NCBI GenBank assembly: GCA_015520605.1
Contig: WAPT01000011.1
Coordinates: 1 to 53,065 of the forward strand
Direction of reading: 5' to 3'
Length of the DNA stretch: 53,065 bases
Source: Nanobdellati archaeon
GTDB taxonomy: Archaea > EX4484-52 > WAPT01
The notes below the pieces were generated by a model. It saw nothing but the letters and a program-made list of their open reading frames with translations, did not search any database and was not told the origin of the DNA. A program made the position numbers and the translations under genes. Of the stretch, positions 34,570 to 44,517 are shown piece by piece (position 1 is the first letter of the stretch; every line of letters begins with the position of its first letter).

Positions 34570-35309
34570 TCGGGATGATAGATCCCAGAGAGAAAGCTAT
34601 AGAAGATGCACTCGGAAAGGTCGGGAGGATTATTGCTGTTGTGAGCGGAAAGGGTGGTGTGGGAAAATCCCTTGTATCTGTTGGTGTCGCACTCCTCACG
34701 TCCAAAAAAGGCTATTCCACTGGTTTGCTTGATCTCGACTTTCATGGAGCAAGCGACCATATCATCCTTGGCTTTCATCCTGATGACTTTCCCGAGGAGG
34801 AGAATGGCGTTGTCCCGCCAGAGGTACACGGTATAAAGTTCATGAGTATTCTGTATTATTCAGAGGACAGACCGTTGCCCCTCAGAGGAAAAGAGATAAG
34901 CAATGCGCTGATAGAACTTCTGGCAATAACCTGCTGGGACGAGCTTGACTTTCTGGTCATCGACATGCCTCCAGGGATGGGTGATGAAATTCTTGATCTC
35001 ATGAGATTTTTAAGAAACGCAGAGTTCATGGTGGTTACCACACCTTCCAAGCTGAGCCTGAATGTTGTGAGAAAGCTGCTTGAGTTCCTGGAGGAACAGA
35101 ACGCAAATGTGGTCGGTGTAATTGAAAACATGAAGCTGAACGATGATAGACATGTGGAAACGCTCGCACGCGAGCTTGATATTCCTTACCTGGGTGCCGT
35201 ACCTTTCTACAAAGATCTTGAAAGTAAAATCAGCAACCTCGGGGATTTCATTGAGAGCGACTTCATAAGAAAGCTGGAAGAAATTGTGGATGTGGTTATT
35301 AAAGGCTGA
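34566..35309 (+). CDS. Mrp/MinD (ApbC/NBP35)-family P-loop ATPase, coupled to hypA (ATPase-type HypB candidate)
   Basis: Deviant Walker A SGKGGVGKS and DMPPG. GTGA overlap with the hypA stop. The same hypA-ATPase pairing is known in Thermococcales. Confidence 0.7.
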   Translation: MIGMIDPREKAIEDALGKVGRIIAVVSGKGGVGKSLVSVGVALLTSKKGYSTGLLDLDFHGASDHIILGFHPDDFPEEENGVVPPEVHGIKFMSILYYSEDRPLPLRGKEISNALIELLAITCWDELDFLVIDMPPGMGDEILDLMRFLRNAEFMVVTTPSKLSLNVVRKLLEFLEEQNANVVGVIENMKLNDDRHVETLARELDIPYLGAVPFYKDLESKISNLGDFIESDFIRKLEEIVDVVIKG

Positions 35310-35316
35310 CCCTTCA

Positions 35317-36477
35317 TTATGACTTTTTCAACCATATCATAGCTTCGTAAATCTTTCCGGTCTTTATGCTTCTGTGCTTTGTGCACCACCTTCTGTTAAG
35401 CAGATATATTCTCTTCACTTCAAAGCCAGATTCACATGCTATTTGAGCTGTTCGGAAACAACAATCGTATACTCTGCCTTCAATGCACGCATCACCCACC
35501 ACAATGTATGCTTCTCCTCCACTCTTGAGGCACCTCCATGCTTCAGCCAAGAATCTTCTCATGTCATCAAAGTAAGTGCTAACCAGCTTTTCGATTTCTT
35601 TTGATTTCTCAGAAATATCTTGATTTGCGCTTCCAAAAAATCTGTCTGCAACTTCAGTTGTTTCTCCAAGCATGCAAAATCTTTCTATGCCGTAAACCTT
35701 CATGTATTCCACCTTCTTTAGGTAGGGCGGAGACGTTATGATGAGATCAAAAGCACAGTCCACAAAACACAGCTGTCTGGCATCCCCCTGCAGAACGCTG
35801 GCTGTGCATGTCCTCTCTTTCCAGAAATCAGCAACATCATTAATCATGGCTCTGCACTCCTTCATGAACTCCTCAAGCACTGACGGTTTTGTGGTTTTTC
35901 TGGTTCTGAAAAATGCTCCATCTCTCATTACAGATGAACTTTCATAAGCTACCGTTGCCAATGCAAGCCTGAAGAACAGAGCCTCCCTGCTTCTTCCGCA
36001 CACGGATTCTATAGACTTTTTTATTTTCAGAATTTCCTCCAGCTTTCTTGCGGAAAAAGCCCGCTTCAGGAGGGGGTTTGCCAGCATTTCTTCAACATCC
36101 TCGGGAGGAATTTCAACCTTTCTGAATTCTTCCCTTATACTTTTCAGGAGAGAGAGCATTCTGACAGGGTCAAACCTCATCGTTTTGATTCTGCTCACGA
36201 GAGCCATCATTTTGCTTGCGTCTACCCCAACACTTTCAATTCCGTGTTCTATGCACGTAAGCAAAGTTGTCCCACTCCCGCAGAAGGGGTCAAGAACTCT
36301 CATCGAGCTCTCACACCTGGCTCTGGCGAGCAAAACACATTCAACGAGCTGTTTGGAGAACCCCTCCTTGTAGGAAAACCATCTGTAAACAGCAAGATTT
36401 CTATTTCCTCCCCATCCCGCAAATCTTCCCAGATGGTAAGCTTCAACTACTCTTTTTTTCAGCCTCTCAACGTCCAT
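35317..36477 (-). CDS. SAM-dependent DNA methyltransferase (N6-adenine/N4-cytosine type; motif I precedes SPPY)
   Basis: VLDPFCGSGTT (motif I) lies ~180 aa before DLIITSPPY (motif IV). The start is 1 nt after the stop of the upstream phosphoesterase gene. Confidence 0.6.
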   Translation of the reverse strand: MDVERLKKRVVEAYHLGRFAGWGGNRNLAVYRWFSYKEGFSKQLVECVLLARARCESSMRVLDPFCGSGTTLLTCIEHGIESVGVDASKMMALVSRIKTMRFDPVRMLSLLKSIREEFRKVEIPPEDVEEMLANPLLKRAFSARKLEEILKIKKSIESVCGRSREALFFRLALATVAYESSSVMRDGAFFRTRKTTKPSVLEEFMKECRAMINDVADFWKERTCTASVLQGDARQLCFVDCAFDLIITSPPYLKKVEYMKVYGIERFCMLGETTEVADRFFGSANQDISEKSKEIEKLVSTYFDDMRRFLAEAWRCLKSGGEAYIVVGDACIEGRVYDCCFRTAQIACESGFEVKRIYLLNRRWCTKHRSIKTGKIYEAMIWLKKS

Positions 36478-36478
36478 C

Positions 36479-37309
36479 CTACCACAGAGCTCTCCTTATT
36501 TCTCCGACTGTCGGAAATTCAAGGATCTCATCCTCCAAACATGCATAAAGCTTGAAGTGATCTATTCCGATTCTTCTGAGAATTGGGGAGAGAAGCTCGT
36601 TATCCGGCATGGAAATTATGTCAGTACCCATAAAGATCGGGGAAAAAGCTGGCAGGACGATAATTGTGGTGTTTTTATACTTTCCCACAAGAAAGCATCG
36701 TGTTCTTGCAACAGCACCGACATCATCCTTTATGACAAGTGCTGGATGCTCATGTCCCATCAGCAGAAGAGGTTTTGAAAGTGCTCCAAGCACATCCTTA
36801 TCGCCGTGAATGACCATAAAGCTGGAACCATCATAGCACGCTTCCTCGAACATAACTCTATTGTGGCGCTTTAGAGCAATCTTGAGGTAGTTATCGTGGT
36901 TTCCCCTTACAACCACCACTCTCTCAAACCTTTCAAGCACGAACTCCATGAACGCGTGCACATCCCTCCATTCAAATCTGTGCATCTCGCTGAACTCATG
37001 CTTTAGATCTCCCGCGATTATCAGCGTCTCAATCCCCTTCCATTTCCTTAATATCTTGTTAAGGAGTTCCTTTGCATCCTCTAACATGACTCTCGGCATG
37101 AAGATCCCGGAAGAAGCCATCACACCCTCAAAGCCGAGATGTACATCAGCTATAATTAGATTACGCTTGTTCACCACCACACCTCCTTCAGGAAGAAGAA
37201 TAATCTCATTGCTCTCAGCGTTGATTTTCACAAAGGGTCTTGGTTCATTCCCACCCTTACTCTTTTTTGCCATGTCTTCTTTTGTGGTGGAAGCTCCATT
37301 ACTGCTCAC
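36479..37309 (-). CDS. metallophosphoesterase (helicase/ligase-associated MPE type)
   Basis: ADVHLGFE, AGDLKHEF, RGNHDNY and GHEHP motifs. 4-nt overlap with the lhr stop. Confidence 0.7.
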   Translation of the reverse strand: MSSNGASTTKEDMAKKSKGGNEPRPFVKINAESNEIILLPEGGVVVNKRNLIIADVHLGFEGVMASSGIFMPRVMLEDAKELLNKILRKWKGIETLIIAGDLKHEFSEMHRFEWRDVHAFMEFVLERFERVVVVRGNHDNYLKIALKRHNRVMFEEACYDGSSFMVIHGDKDVLGALSKPLLLMGHEHPALVIKDDVGAVARTRCFLVGKYKNTTIIVLPAFSPIFMGTDIISMPDNELLSPILRRIGIDHFKLYACLEDEILEFPTVGEIRRALW

Positions 37310-39960
37310 ACTCCCTCAACTCCAAGCCTTTTCATAAGCTGGTGGTGGAACAGCTTTATTAATTCCCTCCTATCTTCCATGAGCACAGCGTCAGTGGAGC
37401 CAAGCACGACAAGGTTAAGCGCAAAAGGAGATGGGAGCTCCACACTGTCCTTTATCACGAACCTCTTCTTACCACTTTCTATGTCCTTCAGGAACTGCCT
37501 TGCCGTGTGTATGTCCATAGCATCCTCCATTATTTCCCTGTATGTCTCCTTAAGAAGCGGAAAGTTTGGATCGATTCTCTTTATGAGCCTCAGAAGCATC
37601 TCAGCATTTATCTGCTGTCTGGCAACGCTTTTCTCACGTTTCCCGTATCTTCTGAGAATTAAAAATCCTCTTGTTGCTACGTGTCTGAACCTTCTCTTCA
37701 GCATCTCCGTACCGTCAAGAGCGTTTCTGAGCATTTCCTCAAGGTTCTCAGACGTAACAAGTTGGGTGACGAGGTGAACGTCAACCCTAACGCTTCTCGG
37801 CAGCACGAGCACGAAGCCGTTGTCGTTCAGCATTATCCTAACATTACACCTCTTATAGCGGGATAGAGCATAAGCATAAGCTCTGCTGAGAGCTTCATTG
37901 GCTCTCCTTCCTACAAGCGTGTGAAATATTATGTTCTGCCTTCCTAACTCATCCATGTAATTCTCAACCAGAATCTCAGCATGGGTTGGAACAAAAAGAT
38001 AATCGTACTGCTCCTTGAAGTAGTGGTAGATAGCTTCAGCAGTAGTTCTATTCACCTGATATTTCTCCATGAGGTGTCTGATGATGTAATTCTTGTCGGC
38101 ATTACTTTCCAGAAGGCATCTCATCTCAAATCTGAATTTCCCTATCTCCTGGGCAAGCTCGTAGCTTAGCGGAAGCTGCTCGGAAAACCACGAGGGCACG
38201 GTGGGCTTTGCATCCTCCACAAGCTTCACATACCCCTTATTACCCCTTGAGTAGAGGAACTCGTAAACCCTTCCGCCAAGCACAAATCTGTCTCCCTTGG
38301 TCAGCCTCTCAAGAAACTCCTCCTCCACCATCCCTATGAACGTCTTCTTGTCAGCGCTATAGATTTTTGCATAACTCTCTTCAGGTATGGTGCCAACGTT
38401 AAGGTAGTAGATAGGTCTTATCATCTTCCCCCTTCTACCAAGCTCCTGCGTTTTCTCATCAAACCAGAGCTTTGCATAGACATTCCTTTCCTCCAGTTCC
38501 GCGTATTCGCCATTGAGGTAGCGCAACACTTTGATGTAGTCCTCCCAGCTAAGCTCATGGAATGTGTAACTCCCTTTGATTATCCTGAAAGCCTCCCTAG
38601 CATCCCACCTCCTCTCTATGCTCATGCCAACCAGATGCTGGCACAGCACATCGATAGTGTTCTTAGGTATATGAATCCTGTCAAGTTTCCTTTCCCTTAT
38701 GTTCTTCGCCATAACAACACACTCAACGAGATCATCCCTGTCCAGAACGATTATCTTTCCTTTAGCAACATCCTCAAGCCTGTGCCCACTCCTCCCGATG
38801 CGCTGAATTGCCCTTGTAACTGACTTAGGACTTCCTATAATCACAACAAGGTCTATGTGTCCTATGTCTATCCCCAGTTCAAGGGACGTGGAGGAGACAA
38901 CACATTTTAGTTTGCCCTCCTTCAGCTTCCTTTCGACATCAAGCCTTATTTCTCTTGAAAGGGAGCTGTGGTGGGCTTCCACAACCTCAGCATATTTGTC
39001 CTTGAATTTTGTTTTGAGGTGATGCACCACCCTTTCGGTTCCCGAACGGGTATTTGTAAATATGAGTATGGTGCGGTGGGATTCTATCAGCTTGTCAAGC
39101 AGCTCATAGAGCTTGTTGTGCATCACTTCAGTTGGCGTGTAAATGAGATCCTTAACTGGGGAGAGAACCTCCGCATCTATATTCTTTTCAAACGAGACAT
39201 CTATTATCTTGCACGGCCTTGTATTGCCGTCATCATCGTAGCCCACAAGAAATTTTGCCACCTCTTCCAGCGGGTGAATTGTTGCTGAGAGGCCAATTCT
39301 CACAAAACTCCTGCCGGCCTTTGCTTCAAGCCTTTCTAAAGCCAGAGAAAGTAACGATCCTCTCTTGTTTTCAGCTATGCTGTGCACCTCATCCACGATA
39401 ATGTATCTGGTCTGGGCCATCAGCTGAGAGAATTTTGGTGAAGATAATGCTATGGTAAAGCTCTCAGGAGTTGTTATGAGTATATGTGGGGGTTTTCTCA
39501 ACTGCCTTGCTTTCTCACTTGATGTTGTGTCTCCCGTCCTCTTTGCAACCCTTATTTCCTGCAGTTTCACACCTCTCTTCCTCGCAAGCTCGTAAATTTC
39601 AGACAGCGGATTATGCAAATTTCTCTCTACATCATTACTCAGAGCTCTGAGGGGGGATATGTAAATGCAGTAGATTTTATCCTCCAGCATTTTGTTCCTC
39701 GCAAGAATGACAAGCTCGTTTATGATGGAGAGAAAGGCCGCAAGCGTTTTCCCACTTCCTGTCGGGCTTGAGACGAGCACGTTGTTTTGCTTGTGGATCT
39801 CCATTATAGCGTAACGTTGCGGTGGAGAGAAGTCCTTGAAACGGGAGAAGAACCACTCTTTAACCATCGGGTCGAGTATACTTTCTATCTCCTCCCTGCT
39901 GTATGACTTTTCTATCCTGATGATGTTACACTGAGGACTTTTTTCCTTCTCAGAAACCAT
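37306..39960 (-). CDS. lhr: Lhr-like superfamily 2 DEAH/DEVH helicase
   Basis: SPTGSGKTLAAF (motif I), IIVDEVHS (motif II), GLSAT and a long Lhr-type C-terminal region; 884 aa. Confidence 0.8.
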   Translation of the reverse strand: MVSEKEKSPQCNIIRIEKSYSREEIESILDPMVKEWFFSRFKDFSPPQRYAIMEIHKQNNVLVSSPTGSGKTLAAFLSIINELVILARNKMLEDKIYCIYISPLRALSNDVERNLHNPLSEIYELARKRGVKLQEIRVAKRTGDTTSSEKARQLRKPPHILITTPESFTIALSSPKFSQLMAQTRYIIVDEVHSIAENKRGSLLSLALERLEAKAGRSFVRIGLSATIHPLEEVAKFLVGYDDDGNTRPCKIIDVSFEKNIDAEVLSPVKDLIYTPTEVMHNKLYELLDKLIESHRTILIFTNTRSGTERVVHHLKTKFKDKYAEVVEAHHSSLSREIRLDVERKLKEGKLKCVVSSTSLELGIDIGHIDLVVIIGSPKSVTRAIQRIGRSGHRLEDVAKGKIIVLDRDDLVECVVMAKNIRERKLDRIHIPKNTIDVLCQHLVGMSIERRWDAREAFRIIKGSYTFHELSWEDYIKVLRYLNGEYAELEERNVYAKLWFDEKTQELGRRGKMIRPIYYLNVGTIPEESYAKIYSADKKTFIGMVEEEFLERLTKGDRFVLGGRVYEFLYSRGNKGYVKLVEDAKPTVPSWFSEQLPLSYELAQEIGKFRFEMRCLLESNADKNYIIRHLMEKYQVNRTTAEAIYHYFKEQYDYLFVPTHAEILVENYMDELGRQNIIFHTLVGRRANEALSRAYAYALSRYKRCNVRIMLNDNGFVLVLPRSVRVDVHLVTQLVTSENLEEMLRNALDGTEMLKRRFRHVATRGFLILRRYGKREKSVARQQINAEMLLRLIKRIDPNFPLLKETYREIMEDAMDIHTARQFLKDIESGKKRFVIKDSVELPSPFALNLVVLGSTDAVLMEDRRELIKLFHHQLMKRLGVEGV

Positions 39961-40164
39961 GGATTAAATATTTCGGGGGAATTTTAAAAGGATAACAAAT
40001 AACGAGAATAAAATGAGACAAGAAATAATGGTAGCGAAATTCTTGATTTGTACGATTTTCGCGTGGTTTTTCAATTTGCAAATTTGACATATATATTATA
40101 TTTTCTATTTTTCATTTCAATATCCAAAACAATATATCCATTCGCGATTTCATTCTCATAACGT

Positions 40165-40812
40165 ATGGCGGGCGACCCTCTCAGGGAAGTTAAGGAAGTT
40201 TACGCAGCGATCAAAAAGGACTTTCACGAGTTTTTCGGGAGCACGTTTATTAAGGGAGTTAAACGGGCTTCAGAAAGGCTCGCAACTCTAAATCCTGCGT
40301 ATGGAGAACATGTATACAAGGAAATTCTGGATAGATTTGGGTTTTCTGTGGAGCCTCTCGAAAATAACTTGCTGGTCAAAATAGATGAACATAGAGGGAA
40401 TTTCCTTCTAAACCTGCACCATGTGAAGGATCTGTTGCCCGGGAATAAGTATTCTCTATCACCAGCCGAACAGAAGATAGCGGAAAGAATAAGACACAAA
40501 CTAACGGAAATTGTTGCCTACGAGATTGAAAGGTGGTGGTGTTTCAAACGGTCAGGGTCAAGTACCCATCAGGGGCAGCAGAATGGGCTTGTAGCAGATG
40601 CACTACAGCTTCCGGAAGGAACTCAAAATGGTTTGGAACTGGCTTTCATTCTTACATTTATCTTCATGCTTTTGATAGCCGGTATAAATGTGGCATCTTT
40701 GACGCAGCAGAAAGTTATGGGTATGGCTGTAGCAACACCATCCTCGATGCTGGGAGCAACTCTGCTTTTTCTTGCCGTCGTTCTTGGAGTTTATGCAATG
40801 AAAAAGGAGTGA
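40165..40812 (+). CDS. hypothetical protein with two C-terminal TM segments
   Basis: 215-aa ORF with no recognised motif. Confidence 0.45.
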   Translation: MAGDPLREVKEVYAAIKKDFHEFFGSTFIKGVKRASERLATLNPAYGEHVYKEILDRFGFSVEPLENNLLVKIDEHRGNFLLNLHHVKDLLPGNKYSLSPAEQKIAERIRHKLTEIVAYEIERWWCFKRSGSSTHQGQQNGLVADALQLPEGTQNGLELAFILTFIFMLLIAGINVASLTQQKVMGMAVATPSSMLGATLLFLAVVLGVYAMKKE

Positions 40813-40843
40813 ACTTTTAGATTTTCGAATTAAAAAGTAACCC

Positions 40844-41681
40844 ATGAATGTTGTTTTCAACCCGGCTTGCCTTGAATACAGAACGGTTCTTTTCATCCCG
40901 AATCTCCGGAGATGGTTAAAAGGGTAGCGAAAGCGCTTGAAAACGCGGGTTATATCTTTCATGATGCCAGCCCAGCTTCTGAGCATGATGTGCTGCTCGT
41001 TCATGCGGAGCAACATCTCAAAAAGGTAAAAAGCAAGGACTACTTTGATCCCGACACACCGCCCTTGGATATAAAATATCCGTTGATTGTTGCCGGCTGC
41101 ACTATAAAAGCTGCTAAGCTTGAGGGTTTTTGCATTAACGAGACCTCCAGGTCATCATGCAGGCAGGAACTTTCTTGGAGGCTTCTGTTTACTTTAACAA
41201 CATAGCCATAGCAATAAGGGAGGTTTATCCCAGCAAGAGAGTGGCAATTCTGGATATCGATGCTCATCACGGCAACGGAACGCAGGACATTTTTCTGCAT
41301 GAATCTAATATTCTTTATGCTTCGATACACCAACATCCACTCTATCCCGGCACAGGTACAGAAAGCATAGATAACTGTATCAACTTTCCTCTTCCATCGG
41401 GTACGGGGGAGAAAACTTACCTCAAAACGCTTAGGAAAGCGCTCTCCACAATAAAAGATTTCTCTCCGGATGTGGTTGCAATCTCTCTTGGTTTTGACAC
41501 CTACGAGAGTGATCCGCTTGCATCGTTTTTGCTGAGAAGGGAGAGCTATCCGAAGATAGCAGGCATGATTTCAAGAACAGTAAGCGAAACAGGCGCGAGA
41601 TGTTTTGCGGTGCTTGAGGGGGGATACAGCAACGAGATAGGGAAGCTTGCGGTTGAGTTTTTTGAGGGGTTGAATTTATGA
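40844..41681 (+). pseudogene. histone deacetylase/AcuC-family gene disrupted by three frameshifts
   Basis: MNVVFNPACLEYRT starts at 40844 in one reading frame. GSFHPESPE...EGFCIN runs to ~41140 in a second frame, which also contains ATG 40912. RPPGHHAGRNFLGGFC (41141-41188) is in a third frame. YFNNIAIA...DIDAHHGNGTQ...EGGY follows in the first frame again, which also contains ATG 41157. Confidence 0.75.
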
Positions 41682-42405
41682 AATTCGTGCTTACCTCCCC
41701 AGTACCTCGACCTTTTCTAACTTTATTTTCCCCGTTATCTCAAGCGGTATAATAGCTTTCCACTACCCGCACAGATTTCGACGGTGGGGATGCATCTAAT
41801 TTCTTTCTGATTTCATCCACATGACTGACTACAATCCTATGTTGTAAACGTTGTAAATTCCTATTTTGTACGAAAACCACAATTTGATCACATATCATAT
41901 ACTCTTATACTCTTCCTATCAGTTCGGTCTGAAATTCCGTCTCTCATGCACATCTTCCAAATATAAAAAGCAAGTATCTTCAACTTCGTTATAAAATGGT
42001 AATTTCCACACATTTGTTTTTGACCTGTGGGCAAAAGTCTCAAAATTTTTAGAAACTAAACATATATCTCATATAAGCAGATCGTTGAATTAATTGTTCT
42101 ATTGAACTGATAACAATCATTAACACTTGGAGTTATTGGAGAAACTTTTCCATGTAATAATCATACATATCTAACCCTTCCATGCGGTATATCAATGAAA
42201 TAAAAAACTCTATTGGAAAATCCACTTCACATAAATTTTTTAAATAATTTTCAGAAAAAATAACACTATCCGCGTGACAGACCAATTTTTAGCAATTAAC
42301 AAATAATTATTTAAATGTCATCGCTTGAGGTGTTGGTTTTTAATAATTTTCAAAATTTTAAATAAACGAAATTGCGACATTTAAATCCTACGGAGTGTGA
42401 CATCA

Positions 42406-43566
42406 ATGGAGACCCTTAAGATTGCAATGGTTAGTGACTGGTTCTTTCCGAGTGTTGGCGGTGTCGAAATTCACATTCATGATCTGTCCTCGCGGCTGCA
42501 GGAAATGGGACACGAGGTACATATCATAACGGGAAACAGAGACGGAGAGGAAAAGGATGTGGATACGCCATACCAAGTGCACAGAATAAAGGGGATCAGT
42601 AAAGTGCCCCGTTTCAATGTTTGGGTTGGCACAAGAAAGCCCATGGAGGAATTATTTAAATCTGAAAAATTCGATGTGGTGCATGCTCACAGCTTCTATT
42701 CCCCCATGGCACTGGAAGCGGGATTAGTGTCACATTCCTTAAATATGCCGTATCTCCTCACATTTCACTCTTTTCTTGACACGAGAGCAATACCAAAAAT
42801 TTTAAGCATTGCATTTACGGGCTATACCGGAAAGCGCGGGGTGTTGTTCAGGGTAATAAGAAACTCACACTTGGTGGCGGTAAGTAACGCGGTAAGAAAG
42901 AACATTGTGAGGATGCTCAAGGTTGAGGATAGCATGGTGCACACAATCCCGAATGGCATCGATACTGATTTCTGGAGACCACAAACAGATCGCGGGGGGG
43001 TAACGGAAAAAAAGGAGAATGATGCGGTAACTGTCCTGACTGTGTCAAGACTTACACGAAGAAAACGTGTACAGTCAATACCTAAAATTATCAAAGCCCT
43101 TCATAAATATAGCCTGAATAGTGGCGTACGTTTTGTCATTGTTGGCAGCGGCCCGTTAAAGAGAGCATTGCAGAGATATGCAAAAAAGGAAACGGGTCTG
43201 TACTTAATCGATTGTGTGGACCGACAGAAACTTCATAGCATTTATGAGAGCGCGGATCTCTACCTGTCCCCTTCAAAAAAGGAAGCCTTTGGAATAGCGG
43301 TGGCAGAAGCCCAGTCGATGATGCTCCCGGCAGTTGCTCTCAATCATGGTGGTGCTGCAGAAATCGTCATTCACAACACCACCGGTTATGTGGCCAGCAC
43401 GGATGCTGAGCTTACAGAGTACCTGGCAACCCTCATAGATGACGAGGTGACAAGGCTCAGGATGGGGAGGGAAGCGAGAAAACATGCTGTGAGAAGATTC
43501 AGTTGGAAGTTGGTAACGAAAAGGGTGTTGAGGGTCTATGAACTTGCGATGGAAGGGAAAGCGTAG
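42406..43566 (+). CDS. GT4-family glycosyltransferase
   Basis: KIAMVSDWFFPSVGGVE N-terminus and EAFGIAVAEAQSMMLPAVA (EX7E region). Confidence 0.75.
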   Translation: METLKIAMVSDWFFPSVGGVEIHIHDLSSRLQEMGHEVHIITGNRDGEEKDVDTPYQVHRIKGISKVPRFNVWVGTRKPMEELFKSEKFDVVHAHSFYSPMALEAGLVSHSLNMPYLLTFHSFLDTRAIPKILSIAFTGYTGKRGVLFRVIRNSHLVAVSNAVRKNIVRMLKVEDSMVHTIPNGIDTDFWRPQTDRGGVTEKKENDAVTVLTVSRLTRRKRVQSIPKIIKALHKYSLNSGVRFVIVGSGPLKRALQRYAKKETGLYLIDCVDRQKLHSIYESADLYLSPSKKEAFGIAVAEAQSMMLPAVALNHGGAAEIVIHNTTGYVASTDAELTEYLATLIDDEVTRLRMGREARKHAVRRFSWKLVTKRVLRVYELAMEGKA

Positions 43567-44278
43567 CAAGTTGCGGGTACTCCTTACGTTTGATGTCGAG
43601 CAGGACTGCCCACCGTATCTGAATTCTTGGGCTGGTGTCGAGCAAGGTATGCCTAAAATTCTTGAGCTTCTTGATGATAAGGGTGTAAAAGCCACGTTTT
43701 TTGTGACAGCCGAAACTTCAAAGAAGTTTCCTTCAGTTGTGCGAAGGATAGTTGACGAGGGTCATGAGCTTGCATCTCATGGCTACATGCATGAAAGGTA
43801 CGACAACCTGAGCAAACATCATGCCGCAACACTCCTAAGAAAATCTCTGAATGTTTTGAGAAAGCACTATGATGTTATATCGTTCAGGGCGCCTAATCTA
43901 AAGCTCCCAAAACACATGTACGAGCTGCTTTTCAAGAACAACATACTAATCGATTCATCGAGGAGAGCGTATCTGTCAAGCTTTTTTCGGGAACACAGAC
44001 CTTATATGGTGAACGGTGTGCTTGAGGTGCCCGTATCTGCAACATCATCACTACTCAGATTGCCCTGGCGATTGCAGGAGAAAATACACAATCTGATCTT
44101 GAACGGAACCACAGTATATTTTGCTCACCCCTGGGAGTTTGTGAACATGCGTACCGCGCCCATAAGACTGGACTGTAAATTCAATACGGGAAGTAAAGCA
44201 CTCACCCTGCTTTCAAAACTTATAGATAACCTGAAGCGACTTGGAGCGGACATGCTGCTTATGAGTGACCTTATTTAA
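43538..44278 (+). CDS. polysaccharide deacetylase (CE4-like)
   Basis: LLTFDVEQD and ASHGYMHE motifs. Overlaps the GT4 gene end by 29 nt. Confidence 0.65.
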   Translation: MNLRWKGKRSKLRVLLTFDVEQDCPPYLNSWAGVEQGMPKILELLDDKGVKATFFVTAETSKKFPSVVRRIVDEGHELASHGYMHERYDNLSKHHAATLLRKSLNVLRKHYDVISFRAPNLKLPKHMYELLFKNNILIDSSRRAYLSSFFREHRPYMVNGVLEVPVSATSSLLRLPWRLQEKIHNLILNGTTVYFAHPWEFVNMRTAPIRLDCKFNTGSKALTLLSKLIDNLKRLGADMLLMSDLI

Positions 44279-44517
44279 ATTTTCATATCTCTTAATTACA
44301 ACCGATGAAAACCCCCATTGCTTTCACAACATTCTCCAAACTTTTTTGTAGCACAAACTCTTTGATTCGTGACCCCGTTTCTGTATGTGCAGGTTCTCTT
44401 ACGGTGTCGTTCTCCGTCCGGCCTTTACTATGTTGGGTAAAAAAGATAACTCTAACCAAACTTGTGGGAGTGATGCTTGCCATGGCTGCCATAATCCTGC
44501 TGTCCTGGTGATGCAGT

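Noticed and set aside
41757-42225. TTCCAC/ATCCAC/TTCCAT motifs as possible origin-recognition boxes (oriC)
   Set aside because: The motifs are short and irregularly spaced, and they lack the extended ORB dyad. No cdc6/orc1 gene is in the window. The evidence is insufficient.
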